In this document: in pieces, positions 1-8,791 of the stretch
Layout of the letters: every line of letters begins with the position of its first letter
Position numbering within the stretch: position 1 is the stretch's first letter
Origin: a virus
Lineage: Duplodnaviria > Caudoviricetes
Length of the DNA stretch: 53,926 bases
Virus record (IMG/VR): IMGVR_UViG_3300042549_009629
Location: 1 to 53,926 of that record
Direction: 5' to 3' (one strand)
Made by a program: the position numbers and the translations under genes
The notes under the pieces: generated by a model
Seen by the model: only the letters and a program-made list of their open reading frames with translations
Databases searched by the model: none
What the model was told of the DNA's origin: nothing

Positions 1-1015
1 TTGTATTAGTGGATCCGGATACTCCTATTGTGTATCGGGTTGTATTATCATCATATAATCTTACGTTATAGCAATATATTGCATTTCGGGAACCTGAATT
101 GATTAATGGGCCTGAGAATACGTTGGTTGCTGTGGTTGAGGTTGATGATATTGAGTTATTAGTTGTAGTGGCTTGTAATTGGCCTATTACGTTTATGATA
201 CCAGCCGTTGTTGAATTAATACCTACCGAGGTTGAAGTACCAGCTGTTACATTTCCTGTAATATTAATGGTTCCTATAGATCCGTTATTTATACCATGGC
301 ATGTAGCTGCACTACCTCCATTAACATTTCCAGTAATATTTACTGTCCCGATAGATGTATTTGATATTCCAAATCCAGATGTTGCACCAACAGAACCTCC
401 TGTTACATTTCCTGTTACATTAATGACTCCATTTGAGTTGTTAACTACAGCGATACATGCAGTTTGATATATTCCGGATGTTATATTGCCTACTATATTG
501 ATAATACCACTTGAAGCATTTAATACGCCGTAATTTTGAAGATTTGAATTTGAAGGGCATGTAACGTTGCCTAGTATATTAATAATCCCCGTTGAACTAT
601 TTGTTATTGTCACAAAACCAACTCCTGTAATTGCAGGTTGTTGAACTTCTCCTGTAATATTAATAGTGCCGCTATTAACATTTTCTAAGGTATTTCGGGT
701 TTGTAAAAATGTTGCTATAATTGAAATAGAACCAGTATTATAATATTTTATAAATCCACTAGTTACAGTTGCCCCGGAACTGTTTATTCCGTTAGGAGTT
801 GCTGTTATATTATAATCTGAAAATATATTTAATTGACCACCTGCTACAGCACTACCCGTTGCTATATTTCTAATACTCCTTACAATAATGTTTTGATCTA
901 ATGTTACCATTTGATTATTTAAAAATACATCATCAGATGCAGTAGGTATTAAACTACCACTCCATATTGCGGAATTACTCCAACTTCCCGAATTTATGGG
1001 CCATCTATTTGGCAT
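1..1015 (-). CDS. Beta-helix/G8-like virion adhesin paralog 4 (3'-truncated by the window edge; not in the ORF track)
   Basis: ATG at 1015 directly follows the upstream stop (1017-1019). It translates MPNRWPINSGSWSNSAIWSGSLIPTASDDVFLNNQ..., and the same frame near the window edge reads FSGPLINSGSRNAIYCYNVRL, matching the paralogs. Confidence 0.85.
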   Translation of the reverse strand, partial: MPNRWPINSGSWSNSAIWSGSLIPTASDDVFLNNQMVTLDQNIIVRSIRNIATGSAVAGGQLNIFSDYNITATPNGINSSGATVTSGFIKYYNTGSISIIATFLQTRNTLENVNSGTINITGEVQQPAITGVGFVTITNSSTGIINILGNVTCPSNSNLQNYGVLNASSGIINIVGNITSGIYQTACIAVVNNSNGVINVTGNVTGGSVGATSGFGISNTSIGTVNITGNVNGGSAATCHGINNGSIGTINITGNVTAGTSTSVGINSTTAGIINVIGQLQATTTNNSISSTSTTATNVFSGPLINSGSRNAIYCYNVRLYDDNTTRYTIGVSGSTNT

Positions 1016-1016
1016 A

Positions 1017-2471
1017 TTATTTTCCTTTAAAGGCAGCAATAGTTGCTGCTGTAGTTTGTACTGTTGCTATATTTTGTAAACGAGCTCCAATTGAATTGGA
1101 ACCGGTTAAACTTGATACTGCATAATCTAAAATGTCTTGTGGGGTCAATATAGCAGAACCTGTTATGTTATCCACGGGTACTCCGTAACGAACAGAACCT
1201 GTTGAAGGTACTACCATTGAACCAGAAAATTGGTTTGTCCCACCATATAAACTTCCGCTTCGTACATTGGTTTGGGTGGGTAAACTTGAGGTAAATGCAA
1301 CATCATAAAATGTTACATCTTTTGGAAATGTATCGGATTGTAAAGTGTATGTAGGGGTTGAGTTTGATAGGAGTTGTATACGTGGTGAAAATATTGGGTT
1401 AAATGTATTAAATCCTGCTCCCATAGTTGCTACACGTACTAAACCAGATGTTGAAGTTGAAGAAATAAATGGACCTGTAATTGAACCGGAATAAAATAAA
1501 TTACCTGTTACAATTGTTGTGCTAGCACCAGTTGTAGATATAGGAATACCAACACCCTTTTTTTCTATACTACCTAATATGGTAATAGTTCCCGTGCTAG
1601 TGTGAGAGATATTATTTCCACCTGCAGGTTGTCCTAGTATGTTTCCAATTACGACTATATCCCCAGCAGTAGCTTTAAATATAGTTGCAGGGGCACCAAC
1701 AACTCTCCCTATTAAACTTCCAGAAATAAATATGTTTGAGTTTCCGGATGAATTATTTATAGTAACAGAGGAAACGTCACCTTGATATACACTACCCGTA
1801 ATAATAAGTGTATGTGCAGCCGTTTGCATGTTAATCGGATTATTAGCGGCATTTGCTGTGAAGTTATGATGATAAACATCTCCAGTAATATTAGTTATAC
1901 CAGTAGAAGTTGTTGTAATACCATTAGCTCCATTTACACTTCCTAGGCCAGGTGCACCTTCTACATTTCCAAATATTCGTAATGTGCCTGTTGAAGAATG
2001 TTGTGTTGCCCAACCGTTGGACGCAGCATACGCAACACCTGACACGCTTCCTGAGATAGTTACATTAGAAGAGCCAGTCATAAGTAACATATTTCCAAAC
2101 CCACCAGTACTAGTAGTATGATTTCCAGGCATTCTCATACTGCTGCTTATAATAGCAGAATTTGATTGAGATATTAAAAGCAATGAAGATGATGCTTGTG
2201 GTGCATAAGGCCATATTCCTGGGAGTGAGCCTGTACCATATGCTATTACAGTAACGCCATTATTTAAAACAAAAACTCCACCACCTTGTATATTTATTGA
2301 ACCTGATCTAGCACTTGTAAGTTGTGTTACTGTAATATCAGTATCAATAGTTACTCTTAATTGGTTCGGGGAAACAACATCAGATCCAGTAGGTAAACCT
2401 AATACCCCTCCGTTATTCCATGTTGCTGTATCTGACCAATTTCCATTTATTACTGCCCAACGAAATGCCAT
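1017..2471 (-). CDS. Beta-helix/G8-like virion adhesin paralog 3 (484 aa)
   Basis: N-terminal GNWSDTATW..P..SDVV motif, Gly/Ser/Thr/Ile-rich beta-helix-like middle, conserved C-terminus (NVRSG..YG.TNQF, GVPVDN.TGSA.LTPQD). Confidence 0.6.
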   Translation of the reverse strand: MAFRWAVINGNWSDTATWNNGGVLGLPTGSDVVSPNQLRVTIDTDITVTQLTSARSGSINIQGGGVFVLNNGVTVIAYGTGSLPGIWPYAPQASSSLLLISQSNSAIISSSMRMPGNHTTSTGGFGNMLLMTGSSNVTISGSVSGVAYAASNGWATQHSSTGTLRIFGNVEGAPGLGSVNGANGITTTSTGITNITGDVYHHNFTANAANNPINMQTAAHTLIITGSVYQGDVSSVTINNSSGNSNIFISGSLIGRVVGAPATIFKATAGDIVVIGNILGQPAGGNNISHTSTGTITILGSIEKKGVGIPISTTGASTTIVTGNLFYSGSITGPFISSTSTSGLVRVATMGAGFNTFNPIFSPRIQLLSNSTPTYTLQSDTFPKDVTFYDVAFTSSLPTQTNVRSGSLYGGTNQFSGSMVVPSTGSVRYGVPVDNITGSAILTPQDILDYAVSSLTGSNSIGARLQNIATVQTTAATIAAFKGK

Positions 2472-2472
2472 A

Positions 2473-3840
2473 TTATAAACTTCCTGTTAATGCAATTAAT
2501 ATTCCGTCTGATGCAACTGTTGCTGTGTTGCTTAAACGTGCTCCTAAACTATTTGAAGCAGTTAAACTGCTTGTTGATGTGTTCCACACATTTTGTGTTG
2601 TAAATGAAGCAGAACCTGTTACGTTATCTACAGGTACTCCTTTAAGTACAGAACCGGTAGGAGGTATTGCTACTGTTCCTGTGAATTGGTTTGTATCTCC
2701 AAATATGGTTCCTTGTCTTACGTTTGAGGTAGATGGAAAATTACCTGGATAATTTTGTGTGTATAGTGTTCTTTGTTCTGCATATGTTTCTGTATCAAAA
2801 GTCCAAGTTGGGGTTGAACCTGATAGTAATTGGAATATTGGGGCATATACTGCATTTCTATTATTTTTATTATAAAATGGTCCTGTTAAAAATACACTAG
2901 GAACATTATTACTAATAAATAGTCCCGGGAAATTTATTCCTGCAGATATTGGGCCTAATATACGTATAGTACCTGTAGTAAGTTTATAAAATGCAGCAGC
3001 TGTTGCGGTGTCTGCAGTTGTAACACTCCCAGAAACTGTTATTGTCATTGATGTTGCAGCATTAATGTCTTGTAAAGCCGGTGCATTAGTTCCTAATAAA
3101 CTTCCTGTTATAGTTATAGTAGAAGTACCACCATTTACTAATAATGCAGGTGCACCTGCAGATGTTAAATTTCCATTAATGTTTACAATATTGTTATTCG
3201 ATAAGAGTAGTGCAAATGAATTAACAACGCCTCCCGTTAAATTACCCGTTATATTGATAGTACCACCAGTTGTTGATTGTATAACAGCATAAGCTGTAGC
3301 TAAACCACCACCACTAATATTACCTATTATATTTAATGTTCCTCCCCGATTAAAAACTATTCCATTTGAACCATTTTGCGCATATACAAAAACATTTCCT
3401 AATACATTTAATGTTCCTGTAGAGCTGTGTATTAAGCCAGTACCATTACCACCTGCAGGTGAATTGATACTTCCGGTATAAGTTAAATTAGCAGATCCTG
3501 TTAAAATTATGGCGGTATGGTTAAATCCAACATTAGACATAACAGGGCAACTAATAGTTGCTGAGTTTGATCCTGAAATGATAATCATTCCTGTTGTTGA
3601 ATTTCCGGGTAATATTAAACTGGTTACTGTTGCTGTAATTCCATTATTAAGGTAATAGGTTCCTCCATTTGTAACACCAGTAATAGTTCCGCTTTGTAAA
3701 CTACGTACTATTATATCGGTATCAACGTAAACAGATTGATTATTAGCATATACATCATCTGAAGCCGTTGGTATCAAACTACCGCTCCATATGGCTGAGT
3801 TGCTCCAATTTCCTGATGATATGGGCCATCTATTCGGCAT
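2473..3840 (-). CDS. Beta-helix/G8-like virion adhesin paralog 2 (455 aa)
   Basis: Same N-terminal (MPNRWPISSGNWSNSAIWSGSLIPTASDDV) and C-terminal blocks as its neighbours, with a divergent middle. Confidence 0.6.
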   Translation of the reverse strand: MPNRWPISSGNWSNSAIWSGSLIPTASDDVYANNQSVYVDTDIIVRSLQSGTITGVTNGGTYYLNNGITATVTSLILPGNSTTGMIIISGSNSATISCPVMSNVGFNHTAIILTGSANLTYTGSINSPAGGNGTGLIHSSTGTLNVLGNVFVYAQNGSNGIVFNRGGTLNIIGNISGGGLATAYAVIQSTTGGTINITGNLTGGVVNSFALLLSNNNIVNINGNLTSAGAPALLVNGGTSTITITGSLLGTNAPALQDINAATSMTITVSGSVTTADTATAAAFYKLTTGTIRILGPISAGINFPGLFISNNVPSVFLTGPFYNKNNRNAVYAPIFQLLSGSTPTWTFDTETYAEQRTLYTQNYPGNFPSTSNVRQGTIFGDTNQFTGTVAIPPTGSVLKGVPVDNVTGSASFTTQNVWNTSTSSLTASNSLGARLSNTATVASDGILIALTGSL

Positions 3841-3842
3841 AA

Positions 3843-5333
3843 TTATACTTTAAATGATGATATGGTAGCTCCTACTGTTTGTACAGTGGAAGCTCCGGTT
3901 AATAAATTTCCTATACTACCCGAGGTAGTTAATGTTTGTGTTGCTACATCAAACATATCTTGTGGGGTTAAAATAGCAGAACCTGTTGTATTATCTACAG
4001 CAACTCCTGTTTTTACTGTTGTTGGATCAGGCATTTCAAGTGAGCCAGTTAATCCAAAGTTATATTGTGTTCCTTTTCGTACATTTGTTTGTTGAGGTAC
4101 TCCGGGAAGTTGATTTGAAGTGTATAGTGTTTTTGATACACCTACTGTTTCTGTATCAAAACGCCATGAAGTTGAGATAGGTTCTAGCATTTGCATACGA
4201 TATGCATATACGGCATTGAATGAACCGGTATTGAAAAATGGGCCTGTGAATAGGTTTGTTGCTGTAAGTCCTGTTGATACTAAACCATTGTTATTTGATG
4301 ATGGTGTCCAACTAGCACTAATAGGCCCTCGTACTACTATAGTAACACTAGCTGCTGTTGAATATATTCCAGAATTATTTCCTCTAGAATTAACACTACC
4401 AGTAACAAATATAAAACCATTACCTGAATTAGTAATACCATAACATGCAGAACCGGCTCCTCCATCAACACTACCTGTGACTATTATATTATTGATGGAT
4501 GAATTAAGAATTCCAGGGCTATTATTTCCAGTACTTCCAGATACACTACCAGAAATGGTAATAGTAGCACCGTTTCCAGCAGTTATTCCAGCATTATTAG
4601 TACCTACAGTTCCAACACCACCTTTAACTTGTCCGTTAACATATATACTTGCAGACTGCACAGCTATGATTCCATAGCATGTACCACCGCTTCCGCCAGT
4701 TACATTACCTTGAACTGAAATAGTTGAATTTGATGCTGCATATACTCCATACCCATTTGCGCCGCCACCAGCATGAGCAATAATAGACCCAGTTACAATT
4801 AATGTAGTAGGAGTAACCATCCAAATACCAGCACCACCTAAACCTGATCGTGGGCCGGCATCAACTGATCCGCTAATTAATATAATACCAGTTGAGGTAC
4901 TTAATATACCCATACATGCTTGGCCGTTGCCAGCAGTAGTAACGCTACCTGTTATATATAAATTTGATGCGTCTGACATCGATACAGCTAAATTGTTATT
5001 ACCGTTGGCAGTTGTTATTGATCCCGTTATATAAGCAGTATTAGATCCGGAGATAGTTACTGCTGCACGTCCTGTACCTCCAACTAAATAATTTCCAGCA
5101 TTACCTCCATTAATTGTAGATTGTACTCGTATACTGTTGGTTAGAAAAAATGTCCCTCCAGATGTTACACCTGTAGTGTTAATGTTATTTAATGAATTAA
5201 CAATAATATCTTGGTCTACAGTAACTAATTGATTATTAGCATATACATCATCTGAAGCTGTAGGTATTATTGACCCACTCCAAATTGCTGCATTGCTCCA
5301 ATTACCTGATGTTATGGGCCATCTGTTCGGCAT
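3843..5333 (-). CDS. Beta-helix/G8-like virion adhesin paralog 1 (496 aa)
   Basis: Same conserved termini; repeating I.V.G.V.GG...A.GI units typical of a right-handed beta-helix. Confidence 0.6.
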   Translation of the reverse strand: MPNRWPITSGNWSNAAIWSGSIIPTASDDVYANNQLVTVDQDIIVNSLNNINTTGVTSGGTFFLTNSIRVQSTINGGNAGNYLVGGTGRAAVTISGSNTAYITGSITTANGNNNLAVSMSDASNLYITGSVTTAGNGQACMGILSTSTGIILISGSVDAGPRSGLGGAGIWMVTPTTLIVTGSIIAHAGGGANGYGVYAASNSTISVQGNVTGGSGGTCYGIIAVQSASIYVNGQVKGGVGTVGTNNAGITAGNGATITISGSVSGSTGNNSPGILNSSINNIIVTGSVDGGAGSACYGITNSGNGFIFVTGSVNSRGNNSGIYSTAASVTIVVRGPISASWTPSSNNNGLVSTGLTATNLFTGPFFNTGSFNAVYAYRMQMLEPISTSWRFDTETVGVSKTLYTSNQLPGVPQQTNVRKGTQYNFGLTGSLEMPDPTTVKTGVAVDNTTGSAILTPQDMFDVATQTLTTSGSIGNLLTGASTVQTVGATISSFKV

Positions 5334-5624
5334 TTATAGTCCTTTTTCTATTATAAACTGTTGAATCGTTGTAAGTATGTTATATGCAGCTGTTTCAGCC
5401 GGTATATCTTCGGATTCAAATACATCCAAATAAACTACAGGACGATCATGTCCTTGTAATACATCAGTAACACCTTCCTCTGTTTCACGGTACGGAGTTA
5501 ATCGCATTGCAACACTTGCTCCTACACTAGTTTCTCGAACTATAGGAGAAATTGCTAAATTCACAGTATAGTATGGGTATTCAATTCCATCTACTACAAT
5601 TGGATTTGTTGATTGTATTGGCAT
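5334..5624 (-). CDS. Hypothetical protein, possible fibre assembly/adaptor protein
   Basis: 96-aa ORF translationally coupled between the fibre gene and the adhesin array. Function is inferred from position only. Confidence 0.4.
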   Translation of the reverse strand: MPIQSTNPIVVDGIEYPYYTVNLAISPIVRETSVGASVAMRLTPYRETEEGVTDVLQGHDRPVVYLDVFESEDIPAETAAYNILTTIQQFIIEKGL

Positions 5625-5628
5625 AACT

Positions 5629-7584
5629 TTATGAATATGTGTATGAATATCTATTTGTCCAAGCTGCGCTTGAAGTTGTTTGTGTTAAAGTAGCACCTGA
5701 TGATGATATGGAAAGTCTTGAAATATCCCAAACATCTGCTGATTCTGATGAACCACTTACTGCATCTCCTAGATATAACAGGTTAATGTTTGGATCAAGT
5801 GAGGATGTATAATCGCTTCTGCGAATATAAGTTGTTCCTCCACCACCACCACCATTTAGAGCAAATGATGCTGTTAATGCATATGAAGCACTTACAGAAT
5901 TTAAAACATATGATGCTGTTTGTGCTGTTTGAACGTATGAAGCCGTTTGAGCTATTTCAATATATGAAGCTGTAATTGCATATGAACTGCTTACTGCTTG
6001 TAAAACATATGATGCACTTATAGCATTGTTTGCCCAAGATGAAGTTCCAAATAATGATCCAGTTATACCAGCTGTTACTGTTAAACTACCTGTTATAATT
6101 GTGGTTGAAGCACTTGAATATATTTGTGAATCATCTAAATGATCTCCACCGTCTGAACGAGGGATACGCCATTTAGTTAGATTTGGTTCGTCACCTAAAG
6201 ATCCAGTATTGCGAGGACCAGACAATAACATACCTCCAGTATATGTGGCTCCATCTACGTTTTCGTAAACCCAATGATTATGTAATGAATCCCATGCTAA
6301 AGATGCAGATGCCGTTGAAGAACCAGAATCGTATACTTTTAAACCACCAAAACGTTGAGCCGGTTCAAATACATTTACCGAAATAAATGAAGCAGATACT
6401 GCTAGTTGAGATGCTGTGATGTATGTAAATGAAGATGAACCATATATAGTTACACCTTGTAGTACTGTTAAGCTACCTGTAATTAAAACATCTTGATTTA
6501 ATGTTTCAACATATGATGCTGTTTGAGTATATGATGATGATATTGCGTTTAAAACATATGATGCTGTTTGAGCATTTTCTACATATGATGCTGTTATAGA
6601 ATTTTCAGCCCATGAAGCTGTACCATATAAGCTACCCGTTATACCATCATTTACAGTTAAAGATCCTGTAATTTCAACATTTCCATCTCGTGAAATTGGA
6701 TTTGAACCTGTCCATTTAGATGAAACAATCCCTGTTAAATTTGAACCATCACCATAAAATGATCCTGTAAAAGAACCAGTATTATATGAAGATGTAAATT
6801 GATCAAATGAAGATGTTAAAACAAATGTACCTGATACTGCTGTAAATACTGGGTCTGTTTCATTGTAATATGAAGCTGTTTGAGCTAATTCAACATAGCT
6901 TGCTGTTGAAGAATATGAAGCACTTTCCGCATTTAAAGCATATGAAGCTGTTAAAGGAACATTAGCAGCATATGAAGCTGTTAATGCATATGAAGCACTT
7001 TCTGCATTTAAAACATAAGATGCTGATTCAGCAGTTCCAAGTAAGCTTCCTGTAAATCCACTTATGCTAGTTACACTGCCACTAAATATAGCGGGACCGA
7101 TATTGATAAATGTTGATGAACCCGATACAATTAGTGAACCCGTAATTTCAACGTTTCCTTCACGTGTTATTGGATTAGATCCAGTCCATTTAGATGAAAC
7201 AATTCCGGTTAAATTGGAACCATCTCCATAAAACGAACCTGTAAATGAACCCGTGTTGTATGATCCACTAAATGTTTCAAAACTTCCAGAAAGTAATGAT
7301 ATACTTGAACTGTTGTTTAATATATTTACATCAAATGAAGCACTATCTAAATAATATGATGCTGTAAATTCATTAAATGAAGATGTTAATACAAGTGATC
7401 CTGTATCTTGGGTTATACCAGCTTGCCCTTGAGGTCCAATAGATGAAACAGTAACAATATTGGTAACAGGTTGGGTAACTTCAATGTTTATACCTAACTT
7501 ATCGTCCGTTATAGTAACTTTTCCATTAGCATCTTGTAAAGATACATTGTTGTTGTTTTGGTTTACATTAATTGAATTAGCCAT
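5629..7584 (-). CDS. Fibre/stalk protein with TASY/SASY and TGS repeats
   Basis: 651 aa with 6/9-residue A-x-[TS]-A-S-Y repeats, an internal duplication, and a poly-Gly linker before a compact C-terminal domain. Confidence 0.65.
   Translation of the reverse strand: MANSINVNQNNNNVSLQDANGKVTITDDKLGINIEVTQPVTNIVTVSSIGPQGQAGITQDTGSLVLTSSFNEFTASYYLDSASFDVNILNNSSSISLLSGSFETFSGSYNTGSFTGSFYGDGSNLTGIVSSKWTGSNPITREGNVEITGSLIVSGSSTFINIGPAIFSGSVTSISGFTGSLLGTAESASYVLNAESASYALTASYAANVPLTASYALNAESASYSSTASYVELAQTASYYNETDPVFTAVSGTFVLTSSFDQFTSSYNTGSFTGSFYGDGSNLTGIVSSKWTGSNPISRDGNVEITGSLTVNDGITGSLYGTASWAENSITASYVENAQTASYVLNAISSSYTQTASYVETLNQDVLITGSLTVLQGVTIYGSSSFTYITASQLAVSASFISVNVFEPAQRFGGLKVYDSGSSTASASLAWDSLHNHWVYENVDGATYTGGMLLSGPRNTGSLGDEPNLTKWRIPRSDGGDHLDDSQIYSSASTTIITGSLTVTAGITGSLFGTSSWANNAISASYVLQAVSSSYAITASYIEIAQTASYVQTAQTASYVLNSVSASYALTASFALNGGGGGGTTYIRRSDYTSSLDPNINLLYLGDAVSGSSESADVWDISRLSISSSGATLTQTTSSAAWTNRYSYTYS
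6658..7263 (-). repeat. Internal direct duplication in the fibre gene (copies at ~7132-7263 and ~6658-6790)
   Basis: Both copies encode SYNTGSFTGSFYGDGSNLTGIVSSKWTGSNPI[TS]R[ED]GNVEITGSL, with many synonymous differences. Confidence 0.85.
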
Positions 7585-7986
7585 TTAGAAACTTCCTAAA
7601 GTTACATTTTTAGATAATTGTACTTGTCCTTCAAGCAATCTAGTTACTACATAACAATGTCCACTACCCGTAGCAATTTCTAAATCATATACACCTTGAG
7701 TAAAGGATAATTGTGATGATGATTCTGCGGAAATGTATACTCCTATGGTACCTGATGTAGGTGGGTTGATCGAATTAGATCCACTTAAATTTAAACCGGT
7801 TCCACATGGGTCTAGGCTAGAGGATAATGTAATGTATACTTCACTAGATCCAACACTTGGTCTAATTTGCATCCTGGCTTGATATCCTGTTAAATCAACT
7901 GGAAGGTTATCAGAATCAGTGTATGCTATTTGAAAATTAGTTGTAGCACCTTGTTCAATTACAAAAGAGTATCTTCCTGCAGCCAT
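7585..7986 (-). CDS. Ig-like beta-sandwich fibre attachment/adaptor protein (BppU/LtfC-like)
   Basis: IEQGAT...PVDLTGYQARMQIR...GVYDLEI...RLLEG pattern typical of phage fibre-anchoring beta-sandwich proteins. Confidence 0.55.
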   Translation of the reverse strand: MAAGRYSFVIEQGATTNFQIAYTDSDNLPVDLTGYQARMQIRPSVGSSEVYITLSSSLDPCGTGLNLSGSNSINPPTSGTIGVYISAESSSQLSFTQGVYDLEIATGSGHCYVVTRLLEGQVQLSKNVTLGSF

Positions 7987-7996
7987 TATTTTTGTT

Positions 7997-8004
7997 ATAA
8001 ATAT
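7997..8004 (-). promoter_or_regulatory. Putative late promoter ATATTTAT (fibre operon)
   Basis: Recurrent intergenic motif, 10 nt upstream of ATG 7986. Confidence 0.65.
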
Positions 8005-8006
8005 GG

Positions 8007-8705
8007 CTAACCTCTAAAAGTTTTGTATACTTCAAGTATTTCGTCTACGATAGGATGTCTATGATTTTTCTCTAAAGTAACCACATTAAATCCAGTTACA
8101 TCTTTCATATGTTTGCATACGACATCAAATCCAGAAGTTTTTCTGTCTTTTAAATCGATTTGAGCATTATCACCACAAAAAATCATTTTACTACCATCAC
8201 ATATACGAGTTAATAGTAACTCGGTTTGGTTGTCTGTTAAATTTTGTGCTTCATCTACTACAACTAAACAGTTAGTAAAATTTCTACCGCGCATAAATGA
8301 TACAGGTACGATTTCTATTTCGCCTTCTGCAATACATTTTTCGATTTTTTCTTTACTGTATAATCGATGCATATTTTCATATACTGGGGCTGTAAATGGT
8401 GCTAATTTTTCATTAACATCACCAGGTAAAAACCCAATATCTTGACCTGCTACTACTGTTGGTCTTGTTATAATTATTTTTTCAATTTCTTTACTAAATA
8501 AAAGATCAAGGGCAACATTAGCCGCTAATAATGACTTACCAGAACCTGCTTTACCTCGTAAAATAGTTATAGTATTGTCTAGAATTTTAGCTTTTGCTAC
8601 TTTTTGTTCTTCGTTTAATGAAATGTTAAACTTAATTGGACCTTTTGGTTTTCTTTTATCCTTGAAGATTTTTTGAGCTTCAGGAGTGCGATTGTAATCT
8701 GTCAT
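8007..8705 (-). CDS. phoH: PhoH-family ATPase
   Basis: GKAGSGKS Walker A, IIITRP, IGFLPG, FMRGRNF, VVVDEAQN, GDNAQID, RHPIV motifs. Confidence 0.95.
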   Translation of the reverse strand: MTDYNRTPEAQKIFKDKRKPKGPIKFNISLNEEQKVAKAKILDNTITILRGKAGSGKSLLAANVALDLLFSKEIEKIIITRPTVVAGQDIGFLPGDVNEKLAPFTAPVYENMHRLYSKEKIEKCIAEGEIEIVPVSFMRGRNFTNCLVVVDEAQNLTDNQTELLLTRICDGSKMIFCGDNAQIDLKDRKTSGFDVVCKHMKDVTGFNVVTLEKNHRHPIVDEILEVYKTFRG

Positions 8706-8721
8706 ATAACTATATTTGTTG

Positions 8722-8729
8722 ATAAATAT
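8722..8729 (-). promoter_or_regulatory. Putative late promoter ATATTTAT (phoH)
   Basis: Motif 16 nt upstream of the phoH ATG, just after the capsid terminator. Confidence 0.6.
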
Positions 8730-8741
8730 TATAGGAAAACT

Positions 8742-8766
8742 AAAAAAGCCGAACTTTCGTTCGGCT
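8742..8766 (-). terminator. Rho-independent terminator after the major capsid gene
   Basis: Minus strand reads AGCCGAAC-GAAA-GTTCGGCT followed by a T tract. Confidence 0.9.
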
Positions 8767-8791
8767 CTTTATTTTTTGGTTTTTTACTCTA

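Noticed and set aside
1-7584. Diversity-generating retroelement or invertible shufflon acting on the adhesin array
   Set aside because: No reverse transcriptase, adenine-specific TR/VR pair, invertase or inverted cassette is seen in the window; all copies are co-oriented.
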